Assembly: GCA_017501225.1 (NCBI GenBank)
Contig: JAFVXH010000007.1
Location: 82,501-146,500 of the forward strand
Direction: 5' to 3'
Source: Clostridia bacterium
GTDB taxonomy: Bacteria > Bacillota > Clostridia > Oscillospirales > CAG-272
Length of the DNA stretch: 64,000 bases
The translations under genes and the position numbers were made by a program. Each line of letters opens with the position of its first letter. Positions within the stretch are counted from its first letter, which is position 1. The notes under the pieces are model-generated. The model ran no database searches, had not been told where the DNA came from, and was given only the letters and a program-made list of their open reading frames with translations. Shown here piece by piece: positions 25,049 through 34,483 of this stretch.

Positions 25049-28000
25049 TTATCTTGGTTTGACCGCAAAGGGATCGACGTCGTTTGCAAAAATGGGAAGC
25101 AGACGGAAGGAGTAGTGATAATCTCCCGAATAGATGCAATATTCATCCGCAAGCTTCGGTCCGCAATAGTTCGATCCGACACCGCATTGCTTGAAGTCCA
25201 CGTTGACAACGGTTTCCGCCATGGGCTCAAGCTCGTAGTCGTGCCGGGTCTGTGTCAGCTGCATCGGCGTGTAGTGCGAGCAGTTGAAGCTGAAATCGGG
25301 CGTATTGTCTGCACCCGTGATGAGAAGTCCGTGACCTGCCACAGAGTAGATCTTTGCCCACTTGGTACCAAGATGCGCCATGTTCTCCTGCGGCTTGACG
25401 TAATGCTCGAAATGATCCGCAACGCGGCTCTCGAACAGTCCCATACGTGCCGCCAGACACTTATCCTGATAGGTTTCCATCGGTCCCATACCGAAGTAGC
25501 GGAGCTGCTCGGTGCCCTTGGGCATCTGGAACTGGATACCCAGACGCGGGAGTGTGACGGGATTATAATAGGTCTGATCGACGTTGACGTCGTAGCGCAG
25601 GGTAATTCCCTCGCCGCGGTTGACGGTGTAGAAGACGTCTGCGTGGATCAGCATATGTCTTGTCACCGCGCCGATATGGAGTCTTACCTTGACGGAGATG
25701 CAATTCTCGTTCTCCTCGACGACCTGGCATCCGTGGCACATGCTGATCAGGCGATCATAGCCCTGCTCGACCCATTCCAAAGCGGGGGTACGGTCGTTAT
25801 CGGTAGGAGCGCGCCAGAGATTGAATTCGATGGGAGTGGTCAGAAGCTCCTTGCCGTGATCGCGAATCGAGGTAACGGTGCCCTCGACCTCGCTCACGGT
25901 GTAAACCGTATGTCCGTCGCGGATCAGAAGATCGTGCCCACACTTGGTCAGCGAGAATTCCCCCTCGCGCTTGGGCGCAAGCGTCACGTTCTGTGCAGCC
26001 TGCAAGGGGAACTGCTCGATACCGACCTCATATCCCGCCTCTGCCCAAGGCAGGTCGTACTTGGTGCGGTAGGATACGTTGAGATAGCAATATCCTCGCA
26101 AGGAAGAAAGATCACCAAGGGAAAGACCGATCTCCTCCTCGGTCTGGGGCTGCGTATTGAGGGCTACCTTGCCTCTGCGCACGACCTTGCCGTTGCTTTC
26201 GATCGTCCAGCAGAGCTCAACGTCGGAAAGATCGGTAAAGTATTTGCGGTTGCGCAGCGTGATGACCTGACGCTTCTCGTCGAAGGCAGTCGCGATCACG
26301 GGACGGAGCAGCTGCTTGTGCTCCAGCATGCCCGTATGCACGCGGCGATCGGGATAAACCATACCGTCAATGCAGCAATTTGCACCGTGCAGGAAGGGAT
26401 CAAGGTCACCGCCATAGACAAATTTAGGATGCTCGGGCGTTCCGATATCCACGCTGTGGTCGGTCATTTCCCAGACGCATGCGCCAAAGAAATCGTCGTG
26501 CGTCCAGATCAGATCCCAATAGGGCTTCAGATCTCCGGGGCCGTTGCCCATCGCGTGGCAGTACTCGCAAAGGAAGAGCGGACGCTCTGCCTCGGGGTTT
26601 TCCAGATATTCGTCGATGCACTCCTGCGGCGAAATATACATGCGGCTGTCGACGTCGACGTAGTAATCGTCCAGAAGCTCCTTGAAGTCCTCGTACTTAA
26701 GAGTGCGTACCAGGGGATTCTGTGCCTTGAGCATGGACTTGAAGTAGTTATAGCGCTCGTTGTGGACGATGCTGCCGGGCATTCTCGTATGAATGTAGTC
26801 TGCCATGGGTCGGTGGTTTTCACCAATGGCGGTTTCGTTGCCAAGTGACCACATCAGCACGCAAGAGAAGTTCTTGTCGCGCTCAAACAGGCAGATCGCG
26901 CGATCCATGAACGCCTCGCGCCATTCGGGATAGGTCGCAAGCGTGGGATGATGCGAGCCGTTTGCCCAGTCCATACCGTGCGTTTCCAGGTCCGCCTCGT
27001 CGCAGACGTAGAAGCCCAAGCGATTGCAAAGCTCCATAAAGCGAGGCTCGTTGGGATAGTGGCTCGTGCGCACCATGTTGAAGTTATGCTGCTTGAGAAT
27101 ATAAAGATCGCGGATCATGTGCTCCAAGGGAGTTGCCGCACCAAGATTGGGGTGACTGTCGTGGCGGTTGATGCCCTTGCCCTTGACCAGCTTGTTATTG
27201 ACGTACAGATATTTTCCCTTGACCTCAAAGCGGCGCACACCGATCTCCTGACGGATGACCTCGTTTCCGCTAAAGAAATACAGCTCGTACAGATTCGGGG
27301 TTTCATCGCTCCAAAGCATGGGGCTTTGCAGTGTGATCGCGAGATCGCCACGTCCGTTTTCAACGTCGATACAGCCCGTTGCAACGGTCTGACCGTCGGG
27401 CGTCAGCAGCTTATACGGAACGCTTGCGTCACCGTTCATTTCCATCTCAACCGTAAGAGTCGCCACGCTCAGGTCGTCGTTCAATGCCGTGCGTACGTAG
27501 AAATCCTCAATGCGGACAGGGTCGCGCTTGAGCAGATAGACCTCACGGAAGATACCGGACAGACGGATCTTATCCTGATCCTCAAGGTAGGTTCCGTCAC
27601 ACCATTTGATCACCAGCACCTTGATCTCGTTCGTGCCCGCTACCAGATATCTGTCAATGGCAACCTCGGTCATGCTGTGGCTTCCCTGCGTGTATGCGGC
27701 AAACTGATTGTTGACAAACAGATAAAAGCAGGAATCCGCGCCCTCGAACACCAGATTGATCTGAAAATCCTTCAGATCCGGCTCGGTCACCTCAACCTCG
27801 CGTCTGTAAAGCGCGCAAGGATTGTAATAGGACACGTGGGGAGGATCGAGCGGAAAGGAATAGTTGATGGCGTGATAGTGCGGACGGTCATAGTCGCGAT
27901 CCAGCGCCAGCTGCCAGCTCATGGGAACGGTCATCTTCTCCCATTCGGTCACAGCACCCTCCTGCGTAAAAGCGTCGGTTTCGGGCACGTGGGTGTAGTA

Positions 28001-28159
28001 ATGAAAATCCCACTCACCGCACAGACTGACAAAGCGCTCGCTCTCCGCGCGGTTGCCGCGAGAGGCAAGGAATTCGCTCTGGTAAGGGATAAAATACGCA
28101 CGTTGCTTCTCACAGCCTTGATGTAAAATATCCAAGCTCTTGTGATAGTTCAGTTCCAT
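25049..28159 (-). CDS. beta-galactosidase, glycoside hydrolase family 2 (LacZ-type)
   Basis: Acid/base region MWSLGNETAIGEN and nucleophile region LCEYCHAMGNGPG, with a C-terminal small-chain domain. Start at ATG 28159 (AGGAGAAAC RBS) rather than the track start 28225. Confidence 0.9.
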   Translation of the reverse strand: MELNYHKSLDILHQGCEKQRAYFIPYQSEFLASRGNRAESERFVSLCGEWDFHYYTHVPETDAFTQEGAVTEWEKMTVPMSWQLALDRDYDRPHYHAINYSFPLDPPHVSYYNPCALYRREVEVTEPDLKDFQINLVFEGADSCFYLFVNNQFAAYTQGSHSMTEVAIDRYLVAGTNEIKVLVIKWCDGTYLEDQDKIRLSGIFREVYLLKRDPVRIEDFYVRTALNDDLSVATLTVEMEMNGDASVPYKLLTPDGQTVATGCIDVENGRGDLAITLQSPMLWSDETPNLYELYFFSGNEVIRQEIGVRRFEVKGKYLYVNNKLVKGKGINRHDSHPNLGAATPLEHMIRDLYILKQHNFNMVRTSHYPNEPRFMELCNRLGFYVCDEADLETHGMDWANGSHHPTLATYPEWREAFMDRAICLFERDKNFSCVLMWSLGNETAIGENHRPMADYIHTRMPGSIVHNERYNYFKSMLKAQNPLVRTLKYEDFKELLDDYYVDVDSRMYISPQECIDEYLENPEAERPLFLCEYCHAMGNGPGDLKPYWDLIWTHDDFFGACVWEMTDHSVDIGTPEHPKFVYGGDLDPFLHGANCCIDGMVYPDRRVHTGMLEHKQLLRPVIATAFDEKRQVITLRNRKYFTDLSDVELCWTIESNGKVVRRGKVALNTQPQTEEEIGLSLGDLSSLRGYCYLNVSYRTKYDLPWAEAGYEVGIEQFPLQAAQNVTLAPKREGEFSLTKCGHDLLIRDGHTVYTVSEVEGTVTSIRDHGKELLTTPIEFNLWRAPTDNDRTPALEWVEQGYDRLISMCHGCQVVEENENCISVKVRLHIGAVTRHMLIHADVFYTVNRGEGITLRYDVNVDQTYYNPVTLPRLGIQFQMPKGTEQLRYFGMGPMETYQDKCLAARMGLFESRVADHFEHYVKPQENMAHLGTKWAKIYSVAGHGLLITGADNTPDFSFNCSHYTPMQLTQTRHDYELEPMAETVVNVDFKQCGVGSNYCGPKLADEYCIYSGDYHYSFRLLPIFANDVDPFAVKPR

Positions 28160-28203
28160 TGATATGTTTCTCCTGTGTCGAGTATTGATTGCGCCGTTGC
28201 TCT

Positions 28204-29391
28204 TTACTGCTTTTTGGGATTCCACTTGGTATAGAGGAAGCTGGGACGTGCATCGTCAAAATATCTCTGATAGTACACGGTCACAAGCTCACCGCTCGGA
28301 AGCTGAGTGGTTGCGGGATAGCCGAGATCATCGCACTCGGGATTCCAGGAGGCGGAAAGGATGATCTCCTCACCCCAATTATATCCGCCGTCATAGCTGA
28401 GGATCGCGCGGTTACTCGTGGGTGCTACGCGACGGCTGTAGGACAGCACGATGGCACCGTCCGCCGTTTCAAAAAGGTGGGGGGGAGCACCGATGACGAC
28501 CTGACCGTCGCAATTGGTCAGAGGCTCCGCGGTCGACCAGGTCTTGCCACCGTTCTGAGAATGGCTCAGATACACGACCTCCTTCTCACTGCGGCGCAGG
28601 GTTTCGTTGTTGTCGCCCTTGCGGATGGCAACCAGCAGATGTCCGTTCTGACGCTCTACGACGTGCGCCTCGCACATATAGAAATGTCCTGCGGGATAGT
28701 TCCAGGTTTCCGGCGGCATCGAGATATCCGCAAGCTTTTTCCAGGTAGCGCCCTCGTCCTCGCTCACCATGGCGATGACGGAGTTGGTATACTCGGTGGT
28801 GTCGCCTGTTGCACGCTGATATGCCTCCACCTCGTGAGGCGTTCCGACGTAAAGCAATCTGCCGTCCTTGAGCCTGGTCGGTCCGTGCGGAGCCGAGATG
28901 GGAAGATGGACCTTTTCTCCCCAGGTTTTTCCGTAATCCTTGGAAACACGGATATAGCTTGCGCCGTATCTCTGATCCTCCGGCGTTGCGGCAATGGCAT
29001 CCAATGCGCGCTTCTTTGCCTCCTCGGTACCGTATTTGGGAATAAAGCGCATCCACCAGCTGTAAATGCCGCCCTCGGCATAGCGGTTAAGATCATGCGT
29101 AAAGTAGCTCATGATCATTTTCCCGTCACCCAGATAGCAAATACCCGCGTCACGGTCATCGAATGCATCGTCTACGACCACCTGAGGCTCGGACCAGGTT
29201 TTACCTCCGTCCGTGCTGCGATATAAGCAATATTGTCCAAAGGGACAAACGTGCACCATGCGTCTGGATACCACCGCATACAGCACGCCGTTCTCATCGC
29301 TGCAGACCGTGGGCCAACCGAAATAGCCCAAAAGATCCTCCTGCTGTCTTGCGATAATTCCCTGCTCGATAATCATTTTTTGTGTTTTCAT
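28204..29391 (-). CDS. BNR/Asp-box repeat protein (sialidase-fold glycosidase-like)
   Basis: Five Asp-box-like motifs: STDGGKTWS, SKDYGKTWG, SEDEGATWK, SQNGGKTWS and SYDGGYNWG. Start at ATG 29391 (AAGGAGAC RBS). No N-terminal signal peptide is visible. Confidence 0.75.
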   Translation of the reverse strand: MKTQKMIIEQGIIARQQEDLLGYFGWPTVCSDENGVLYAVVSRRMVHVCPFGQYCLYRSTDGGKTWSEPQVVVDDAFDDRDAGICYLGDGKMIMSYFTHDLNRYAEGGIYSWWMRFIPKYGTEEAKKRALDAIAATPEDQRYGASYIRVSKDYGKTWGEKVHLPISAPHGPTRLKDGRLLYVGTPHEVEAYQRATGDTTEYTNSVIAMVSEDEGATWKKLADISMPPETWNYPAGHFYMCEAHVVERQNGHLLVAIRKGDNNETLRRSEKEVVYLSHSQNGGKTWSTAEPLTNCDGQVVIGAPPHLFETADGAIVLSYSRRVAPTSNRAILSYDGGYNWGEEIILSASWNPECDDLGYPATTQLPSGELVTVYYQRYFDDARPSFLYTKWNPKKQ

Positions 29392-29575
29392 GGTATAGGT
29401 CTCCTTTTTTACTCCCAACAAAAGGCTGTTTGGCAGAGGATTTTCGGGAGGCGCATAGGGGCTCCCGTTGGTTTAATTGTACCATAGGAAATATGGAAAA
29501 ACAAGCCTTTTCTCAATAATATTTTCAGATTTTTCCTACTCAAATCAGCAAGAAAAAACATAACGTAGCAGGAAC

Positions 29576-29612
29576 AAAAAAAGGGAAGGTCAAATTGACC
29601 TTCCCTTTTTTA
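29576..29612. terminator. bidirectional terminator closing the ribosomal supercluster (after rplQ)
   Basis: AAAAAAA-GGGAAGGTCAA-a-TTGACCTTCCC-TTTTTTAT. The palindromic stem is flanked by an A-run and a T-run. Confidence 0.85.
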
Positions 29613-29620
29613 TGTGTAGA

Positions 29621-30058
29621 TTATTCCTCTACGGGAGCAGCCTCTGCTGCCTTCTTGGTGGTTTTGCGCGTCTTCTTTGCGGGCTTCTCCTCAACAACGG
29701 GTGCGGGAGCCTCATCCTTTACGAGAAGAACGATTGCCATCTCGGCAGCGTCACCTCTGCGAGGACCGGTCTTCAGGATACGGGTGTATCCGCCCTGACG
29801 GTTCTCATAGGTGGGAGCGATCTCCGAGAACAGCTTGGTTACAACGTCCTCTTTGGTGATATAAGCCAGCGCTGCGCGGCGGCTTGCAAGCGTATTCTTC
29901 TTGCCAAGCGTAATCATTTTTTCTGCCATGGAACGAACTTCCTTTGCTCTGGTGAGCGTGGTCTCGATCTGTCCGTTCTCAAGCAGTAAGGTAACCATGC
30001 CGCGGAGCATAGCGTTTCTATGCGCGGTAGGTCTGCCAAGTTTTCTATTTGCGGGCAT
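29621..30058 (-). CDS. rplQ: 50S ribosomal protein L17
   Basis: [40 protein letters not shown]. It carries a Lys/Ala/Glu-rich C-terminal tail. Confidence 0.97.
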   Translation of the reverse strand: MPANRKLGRPTAHRNAMLRGMVTLLLENGQIETTLTRAKEVRSMAEKMITLGKKNTLASRRAALAYITKEDVVTKLFSEIAPTYENRQGGYTRILKTGPRRGDAAEMAIVLLVKDEAPAPVVEEKPAKKTRKTTKKAAEAAPVEE

Positions 30059-30117
30059 TTGTATTCCCTCCTTCTGCTGTTACGAATAATATTTTATTCC
30101 GTAGGTAAAATCTTGGA

Positions 30118-31092
30118 TTATTCCTCTTCCTTCTTGAGCTCAAGACCCAAGGAATGAAGCTTTTGGATCACTTCTTCGAGCGACTTCTTACCGAGGTTAC
30201 GAACCTTGATCATATCATCCTCGGTGCGGTTGATCAGATCTTCAACCGTGTCAATGCCCGCACGCTTCAAGCAGTTGAAGCTACGTACAGACATATCAAG
30301 CTCCTCAATGGTCATCTCAAGGACCTTCTCCTTGATGGTCTCTTCACGTTCGACCATAATCTCTGCCTTCCTTGCTTCATCAGACAAATCCACAAACAAG
30401 TTGAGGTGCTCATTGAGAATCTTGGCGCCAAGAGAAATCGCTTCCTTCGCGGAAATGGTTCCGTTGGTCAGAATTTCAAGCGTAAGCTTATCGTAATCCG
30501 TGATGTTACCAACACGAGTGTTATCCACTGTATAATTGACGTTATATACAGGGGTGTAGATGGAATCGGTATAAATCGTTCCGATGGGAGCAGAGGTCGC
30601 ATTTCCCAGAAGCTGGGTATGCAGCTGCTTATTTTTCTCCTGAGAAACGTATCCGCGGCCGCTGGCAAAGGTCAATTCCATATAGAATCTCTCATTCTCG
30701 CCAACCGAAGCGATGTGATGCTCAGGGTTCAAAATTTCGATGTCGGAATCCTGCTTGATATCTCCTGCAGTTACGTTGCGCTCGCCTACGACGTCAATGA
30801 TGACGGTCTTGGGACCTGCGCAATGCAATTTTGCGGTAATGCCCTTTACGTTCAGTACGATCTCCGTCACGTCCTCGGTGACACCGGGAATCGCGGAAAA
30901 CTCATGAAGAACGCCATCAATTTTGATACTGGTGACTGCAACACCGGGCAAGGAGCTGAGCAGAACTCTGCGCAGGGAGTTACCGAGGGTAATTCCGTAT
31001 CCGCGCTCCAAGGGCTCTACGATAAAGGTACCGTGTACGCCATCTTCGCTCAAATCGACAGTTGTGATATTCGGCTTTTCAATCTCAATCAT
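30118..31092 (-). CDS. rpoA: DNA-directed RNA polymerase subunit alpha
   Basis: [50 protein letters not shown], with a C-terminal domain containing [17 protein letters not shown]. Confidence 0.97.
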   Translation of the reverse strand: MIEIEKPNITTVDLSEDGVHGTFIVEPLERGYGITLGNSLRRVLLSSLPGVAVTSIKIDGVLHEFSAIPGVTEDVTEIVLNVKGITAKLHCAGPKTVIIDVVGERNVTAGDIKQDSDIEILNPEHHIASVGENERFYMELTFASGRGYVSQEKNKQLHTQLLGNATSAPIGTIYTDSIYTPVYNVNYTVDNTRVGNITDYDKLTLEILTNGTISAKEAISLGAKILNEHLNLFVDLSDEARKAEIMVEREETIKEKVLEMTIEELDMSVRSFNCLKRAGIDTVEDLINRTEDDMIKVRNLGKKSLEEVIQKLHSLGLELKKEEE

Positions 31093-31177
31093 TCCAAATA
31101 AAACCTCCTTCTGTAATAAATCAAAATTGGGTGAACCGATACGGTAACGCTACCGTATCTCAAAAAATCACGCGGGA

Positions 31178-31804
31178 TTACTTGGAATAGAACTCGACGA
31201 CCAGCTGCTCGTTGAAATCGAAGTCAACGTCCTCTCTTGCGGGAAGAGCCAAAACCTTAGCGGTCATTTCCTCTGCCTTAACCTCAAGCCACTTGGGAGC
31301 GGTCTGGTTTGCAGCAGCCTCTGCCAAAGTCTTGAACTTGACGGAATCGCGGCTTGCTTCCTTAACAGCAACAACGTCGCCTGCCTTGATCAGGAGAGAA
31401 GGAATGGTTACCTTTTTGCCGTTGAGGGTAAAGTGGCCGTGAAGAACCAGCTGACGAGCCTCCTTGTGAGAAGAACCGAAGCCCATTCTGTAAACAACGT
31501 TGTCAAGACGGCGCTCGAGCATGCAGATCAGGTTCTCACCGGTCATGCCTTCCTTGCGGGCAGCCTCCTCGTAGTAGTTTACAAACTGTCTCTCAAGGAT
31601 ACCGTAGTATCTTCTGGTCTTCTGCTTTTCACGCATCTGAAGGCCATACTCTCTCATTTTCTTGTTTGCTGCGCCATGCTGACCGGGAGCGGTGCTTCTG
31701 CGGGCCAGTGCGCATTTGCCGGAAGTGCAACGGTCGCCCTTCAGGAAGAGCTTGGTGCCTTCTCTACGGCAGAGTCTGCAAACAGGTCCAGTATATCTTG
31801 CCAT
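31178..31804 (-). CDS. rpsD: 30S ribosomal protein S4
   Basis: [26 protein letters not shown]. Start at ATG 31804 (GGAGGT RBS), not the track start 31858. Confidence 0.97.
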   Translation of the reverse strand: MARYTGPVCRLCRREGTKLFLKGDRCTSGKCALARRSTAPGQHGAANKKMREYGLQMREKQKTRRYYGILERQFVNYYEEAARKEGMTGENLICMLERRLDNVVYRMGFGSSHKEARQLVLHGHFTLNGKKVTIPSLLIKAGDVVAVKEASRDSVKFKTLAEAAANQTAPKWLEVKAEEMTAKVLALPAREDVDFDFNEQLVVEFYSK

Positions 31805-31827
31805 AATCTTTGTACCTCCACTAAGAA

Positions 31828-32226
31828 TTAAACGCGTCTGCGCTTGGGGGGTCTGCAACCGTTGTGAGGAACAGGCGTTACGTCTTTGATCATCGTGATG
31901 GAAAGACCGACTGTTTCCAGTGCGCGGATTGCGGACTCACGTCCTGCGCCGGGTCCCTTTACAAATACCTCAACCGTCTTCAGACCGTGCTCCATTGCTG
32001 CCTTTGCGGCAGTTTCAGAAGCGGACTGTGCTGCAAACGGAGTGGATTTTCTGGAGCCCTTAAAGCCGAGTTCACCGGCAGATGCCCAAGCAATGGTATT
32101 GCCCGAAGCATCGGAAATCGTTACGATCGTGTTGTTGAACGTTGCTTGAATGTGAACAGCGCCTTTTTCGATGTTCTTTCTCTCGCGGCGTTTCTTGACA
32201 ACTTTTTTTGCTGCAACTTTTGCCAT
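31828..32226 (-). CDS. rpsK: 30S ribosomal protein S11
   Basis: [46 protein letters not shown]. Confidence 0.97.
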   Translation of the reverse strand: MAKVAAKKVVKKRRERKNIEKGAVHIQATFNNTIVTISDASGNTIAWASAGELGFKGSRKSTPFAAQSASETAAKAAMEHGLKTVEVFVKGPGAGRESAIRALETVGLSITMIKDVTPVPHNGCRPPKRRRV

Positions 32227-32241
32227 TGTTAAGCCACTCCT

Positions 32242-32610
32242 TTACTTCTTCTTGTTCGCAATGGTCTTTGCGGGACCCTTACGAGTTCTTGCGTTGGTCT
32301 TGGTTCTCTGGCCTCTTACGGGCAGACCCTTTCTGTGTCTGATACCACGGTAGCAGTTGATCTCGACCATTCTCTTGATGTTCATTGCAACATCACGGCG
32401 GAGGTCACCCTCTACATGATAAAACTGCTCAATCACGTCACGAAGCTTTGCAACCTCTTCCTCGGTCAGATCCTTTGCACGAGTGTCGGGATTGATTCCG
32501 GTTTTCGCAAGAATGTCATTTGCGCTTTTGCGACCGATACCGTAAATGTAGGTAAGGGCGATTTCTACGCGCTTGTTGTTTGGAATATCAACACCAGCTA
32601 TACGAGCCAT
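32242..32610 (-). CDS. rpsM: 30S ribosomal protein S13
   Basis: [34 protein letters not shown]. Confidence 0.97.
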   Translation of the reverse strand: MARIAGVDIPNNKRVEIALTYIYGIGRKSANDILAKTGINPDTRAKDLTEEEVAKLRDVIEQFYHVEGDLRRDVAMNIKRMVEINCYRGIRHRKGLPVRGQRTKTNARTRKGPAKTIANKKK

Positions 32611-32651
32611 TCTGTTTATTCACCTCTCTACTAGTTTTTGTGGGGTTCTGC

Positions 32652-32765
32652 TTAACCCTGTCTTTGCTTATGCTTGGGGTTCTCGCAGATGACCATAACT
32701 TTGCCTTTTCTCTTGATGATTTTGCATTTCTCGCAAATCTTCTTTACGGATGGTTTCACCTTCAT
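32652..32765 (-). CDS. rpmJ: 50S ribosomal protein L36
   Basis: Below the track size cut-off, so translated by hand: ATG at 32765..32763, [40 protein letters not shown] at 32654..32652. It sits in the canonical infA-rpmJ-rpsM position. Confidence 0.95.
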   Translation of the reverse strand: MKVKPSVKKICEKCKIIKRKGKVMVICENPKHKQRQG

Positions 32766-32804
32766 GTCTCTACCATACCTTTCTTGCTTAAATTTTGGTT
32801 CTGC

Positions 32805-33026
32805 TTATTTTGCTCTCCAGGTGATGCGTCCCTTGGTCAGGTCATATACCGAAACCTCAATGGTTACGCGGTCACCGGGGAGAATGCGAATATAGTTCAT
32901 ACGAAGCTTACCCGAGATATGCGCGGTCACGATATGACCGTTGGGGAGCTTCACCTTGAAGCATGCGTTGGGCAGTGCCTCAACGACCACGCCTTCAAAT
33001 TCGATTACGTCATCCTTCTGTGCCAG
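32805..33026 (-). CDS. infA: translation initiation factor IF-1, non-AUG (CUG or AUU) start
   Basis: The track gives only the GTG-started 61 aa (32990). The frame stays open upstream to TAA at 33041..33039 and encodes (I)(I)(L)[24 protein letters not shown], which is the conserved IF-1 N-terminus. AAGGAGG lies at 33040..33034. CTG at 33026 is 7 nt downstream of it, and there are ATT codons at 33029 and 33032. No ATG, GTG or TTG is available. Confidence 0.85.
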   Translation of the reverse strand: MAQKDDVIEFEGVVVEALPNACFKVKLPNGHIVTAHISGKLRMNYIRILPGDRVTIEVSVYDLTKGRITWRAK

Positions 33027-33059
33027 AATAATCCCTCCTTACTCAGTGATGTTTGTGTC

Positions 33060-33821
33060 TTAAAAGCCTTTTTCCACTTCAGTCAGGATCAGTACGCCGT
33101 TATCGGTGAGTGCCACCGTGTTTTCATAATGCGCCGAAAGCTGACCGTCTGACGTTTTAACCGTCCATCCGTCCGACAGCTCCGTTACCTCAAAGGTACC
33201 CACGTTCACCATCGGCTCGATGGCAAGCGTCATGCCGGCACACAGGCGAATGCCTCTGCCGGGGGTTCCGTAGTTCGGAACGTCGGGGGACTCGTGCATA
33301 TCGGTCCCGATTCCGTGACCGACGTAGCGCCGCACCGTGGAGAATCCGTTCTCGCGGACCACCGCATCAATGGCGGCACCGACATCGCCTAAGCGATTTC
33401 CGATCTGCAAAGCGTTCACGCCTGCCCAAAAGCTGGAGCGCGTGACCTCGATCAGCTTCTCTGCCGTTGCACTCACCTTGCCGACGGGAAGGGTTCTTGC
33501 CGAATCCCCCACGTAGCCGTGATAAGTGGCACCGGTGTCGATCTTGACAACGTCACCCTCCTGCAAAATTCTCTCCTTGGAGGGAATTCCGTGGATGACC
33601 TCATCGTTTACGCTGATACAAGCGCTTGCGGGAAAACCGCCGTAGCCGAGGAAGGTCGGGGTAGCACCGCATTTCTCGATGTGGCGACGGATCGCCAGAT
33701 CGATCTCATAGGTGCTGACCCCGGGGCGAACCATATCACGGGCGACCAGAAGCGCCTCTCCCGTAATACGTCCCGCATCCCTCATGGCTGCGATTTGTTT
33801 CGCATTTTTTAAGTGAATCAT
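33060..33821 (-). CDS. map: type I methionyl aminopeptidase
   Basis: ACISVNDEVIHGIP, VKIDTGATYHGYVGDSART, VGHGIG and TLAIEPM are the metal-ligand blocks. Confidence 0.95.
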   Translation of the reverse strand: MIHLKNAKQIAAMRDAGRITGEALLVARDMVRPGVSTYEIDLAIRRHIEKCGATPTFLGYGGFPASACISVNDEVIHGIPSKERILQEGDVVKIDTGATYHGYVGDSARTLPVGKVSATAEKLIEVTRSSFWAGVNALQIGNRLGDVGAAIDAVVRENGFSTVRRYVGHGIGTDMHESPDVPNYGTPGRGIRLCAGMTLAIEPMVNVGTFEVTELSDGWTVKTSDGQLSAHYENTVALTDNGVLILTEVEKGF

Positions 33822-34462
33822 GCTTGTGCCTCGAAGGGCGCCAGTGCTTTGAACACCAGCGCGGTGGTGTCAGCAACCTCCTCCTGACCCTCTACGGTAA
33901 CCAGAATGCCTTTCTTGGAATAGTACTCCTTAAGAGGCTCGGTCTGCGCGTGGAAGGTATCCAGGCGGTTCTTAACCGTTTCCGCGGCATCATCGGCACG
34001 CACGTAAAGTGCTGCGCCGCATTTGTCACAAACATCCTCCTTCTTGGGTGGGATATACACCACGTGGTAGGATGCACCGCAGGAGCAAACTCTGCGTCCG
34101 CTCATGCGTTCAATAATCTTTTCATCTGCAACCTCGATGCTCAGCACGACGTCAATCTGAACACCCATCTCGTCCAGCGCCTCAGCCTGAGGAATGGAAC
34201 GGGGGAAGCCGTCCAGAATGAAGCCGTTCTTGCAGTTATCGGTTGCAAGATACTCCTTGATGATCCCAATCACAACAGAATCGGGAACCAACTGACCGGC
34301 ATCGACGTAGGACTTTGCAGCCTTGCCAAGCTCGGTCCCTGCCTTCATTGCCCCGCGAAGAATATCTCCGGTCGCAATGGCGGGAATCTGATACTTTTCA
34401 GAAATTCTCGCGGATTGGGTACCTTTACCCGCTCCGGGAGCGCCCATCAAAATAATGTTCAT
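33818..34462 (-). CDS. adk: adenylate kinase
   Basis: MNIILMGAPGAGKGTQ P-loop. Zn lid CSCGASYH...CDKCGAAL. The stop overlaps the map start (ATGA). Confidence 0.96.
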   Translation of the reverse strand: MNIILMGAPGAGKGTQSARISEKYQIPAIATGDILRGAMKAGTELGKAAKSYVDAGQLVPDSVVIGIIKEYLATDNCKNGFILDGFPRSIPQAEALDEMGVQIDVVLSIEVADEKIIERMSGRRVCSCGASYHVVYIPPKKEDVCDKCGAALYVRADDAAETVKNRLDTFHAQTEPLKEYYSKKGILVTVEGQEEVADTTALVFKALAPFEAQA

Positions 34463-34483
34463 CGTTTCCTCCGCTTTGGATGA

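Noticed and set aside
24706-25230. 174-aa minus-strand ORF and 82-aa plus-strand ORF (24770..25018) in the cotJC/GH2 intergenic element
   Set aside because: There is no RBS. The composition is dictated by the hairpin repeats, and the minus-strand ORF overlaps the 3' end of the GH2 gene in another frame. The region is better explained as non-coding structure.
25115-26848. 577-aa plus-strand ORF (and 26948..28126, 392 aa)
   Set aside because: Both are antisense to the GH2 beta-galactosidase gene, whose catalytic motifs are unambiguous.
31093-31177. 9-bp hairpin GATACGGTA-gcg-TTACCGTATC between rpsD and rpoA, a possible terminator
   Set aside because: On the transcribed (minus) strand the U-run precedes the stem rather than following it. 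It may be a processing or stability element, but I cannot support a terminator call.
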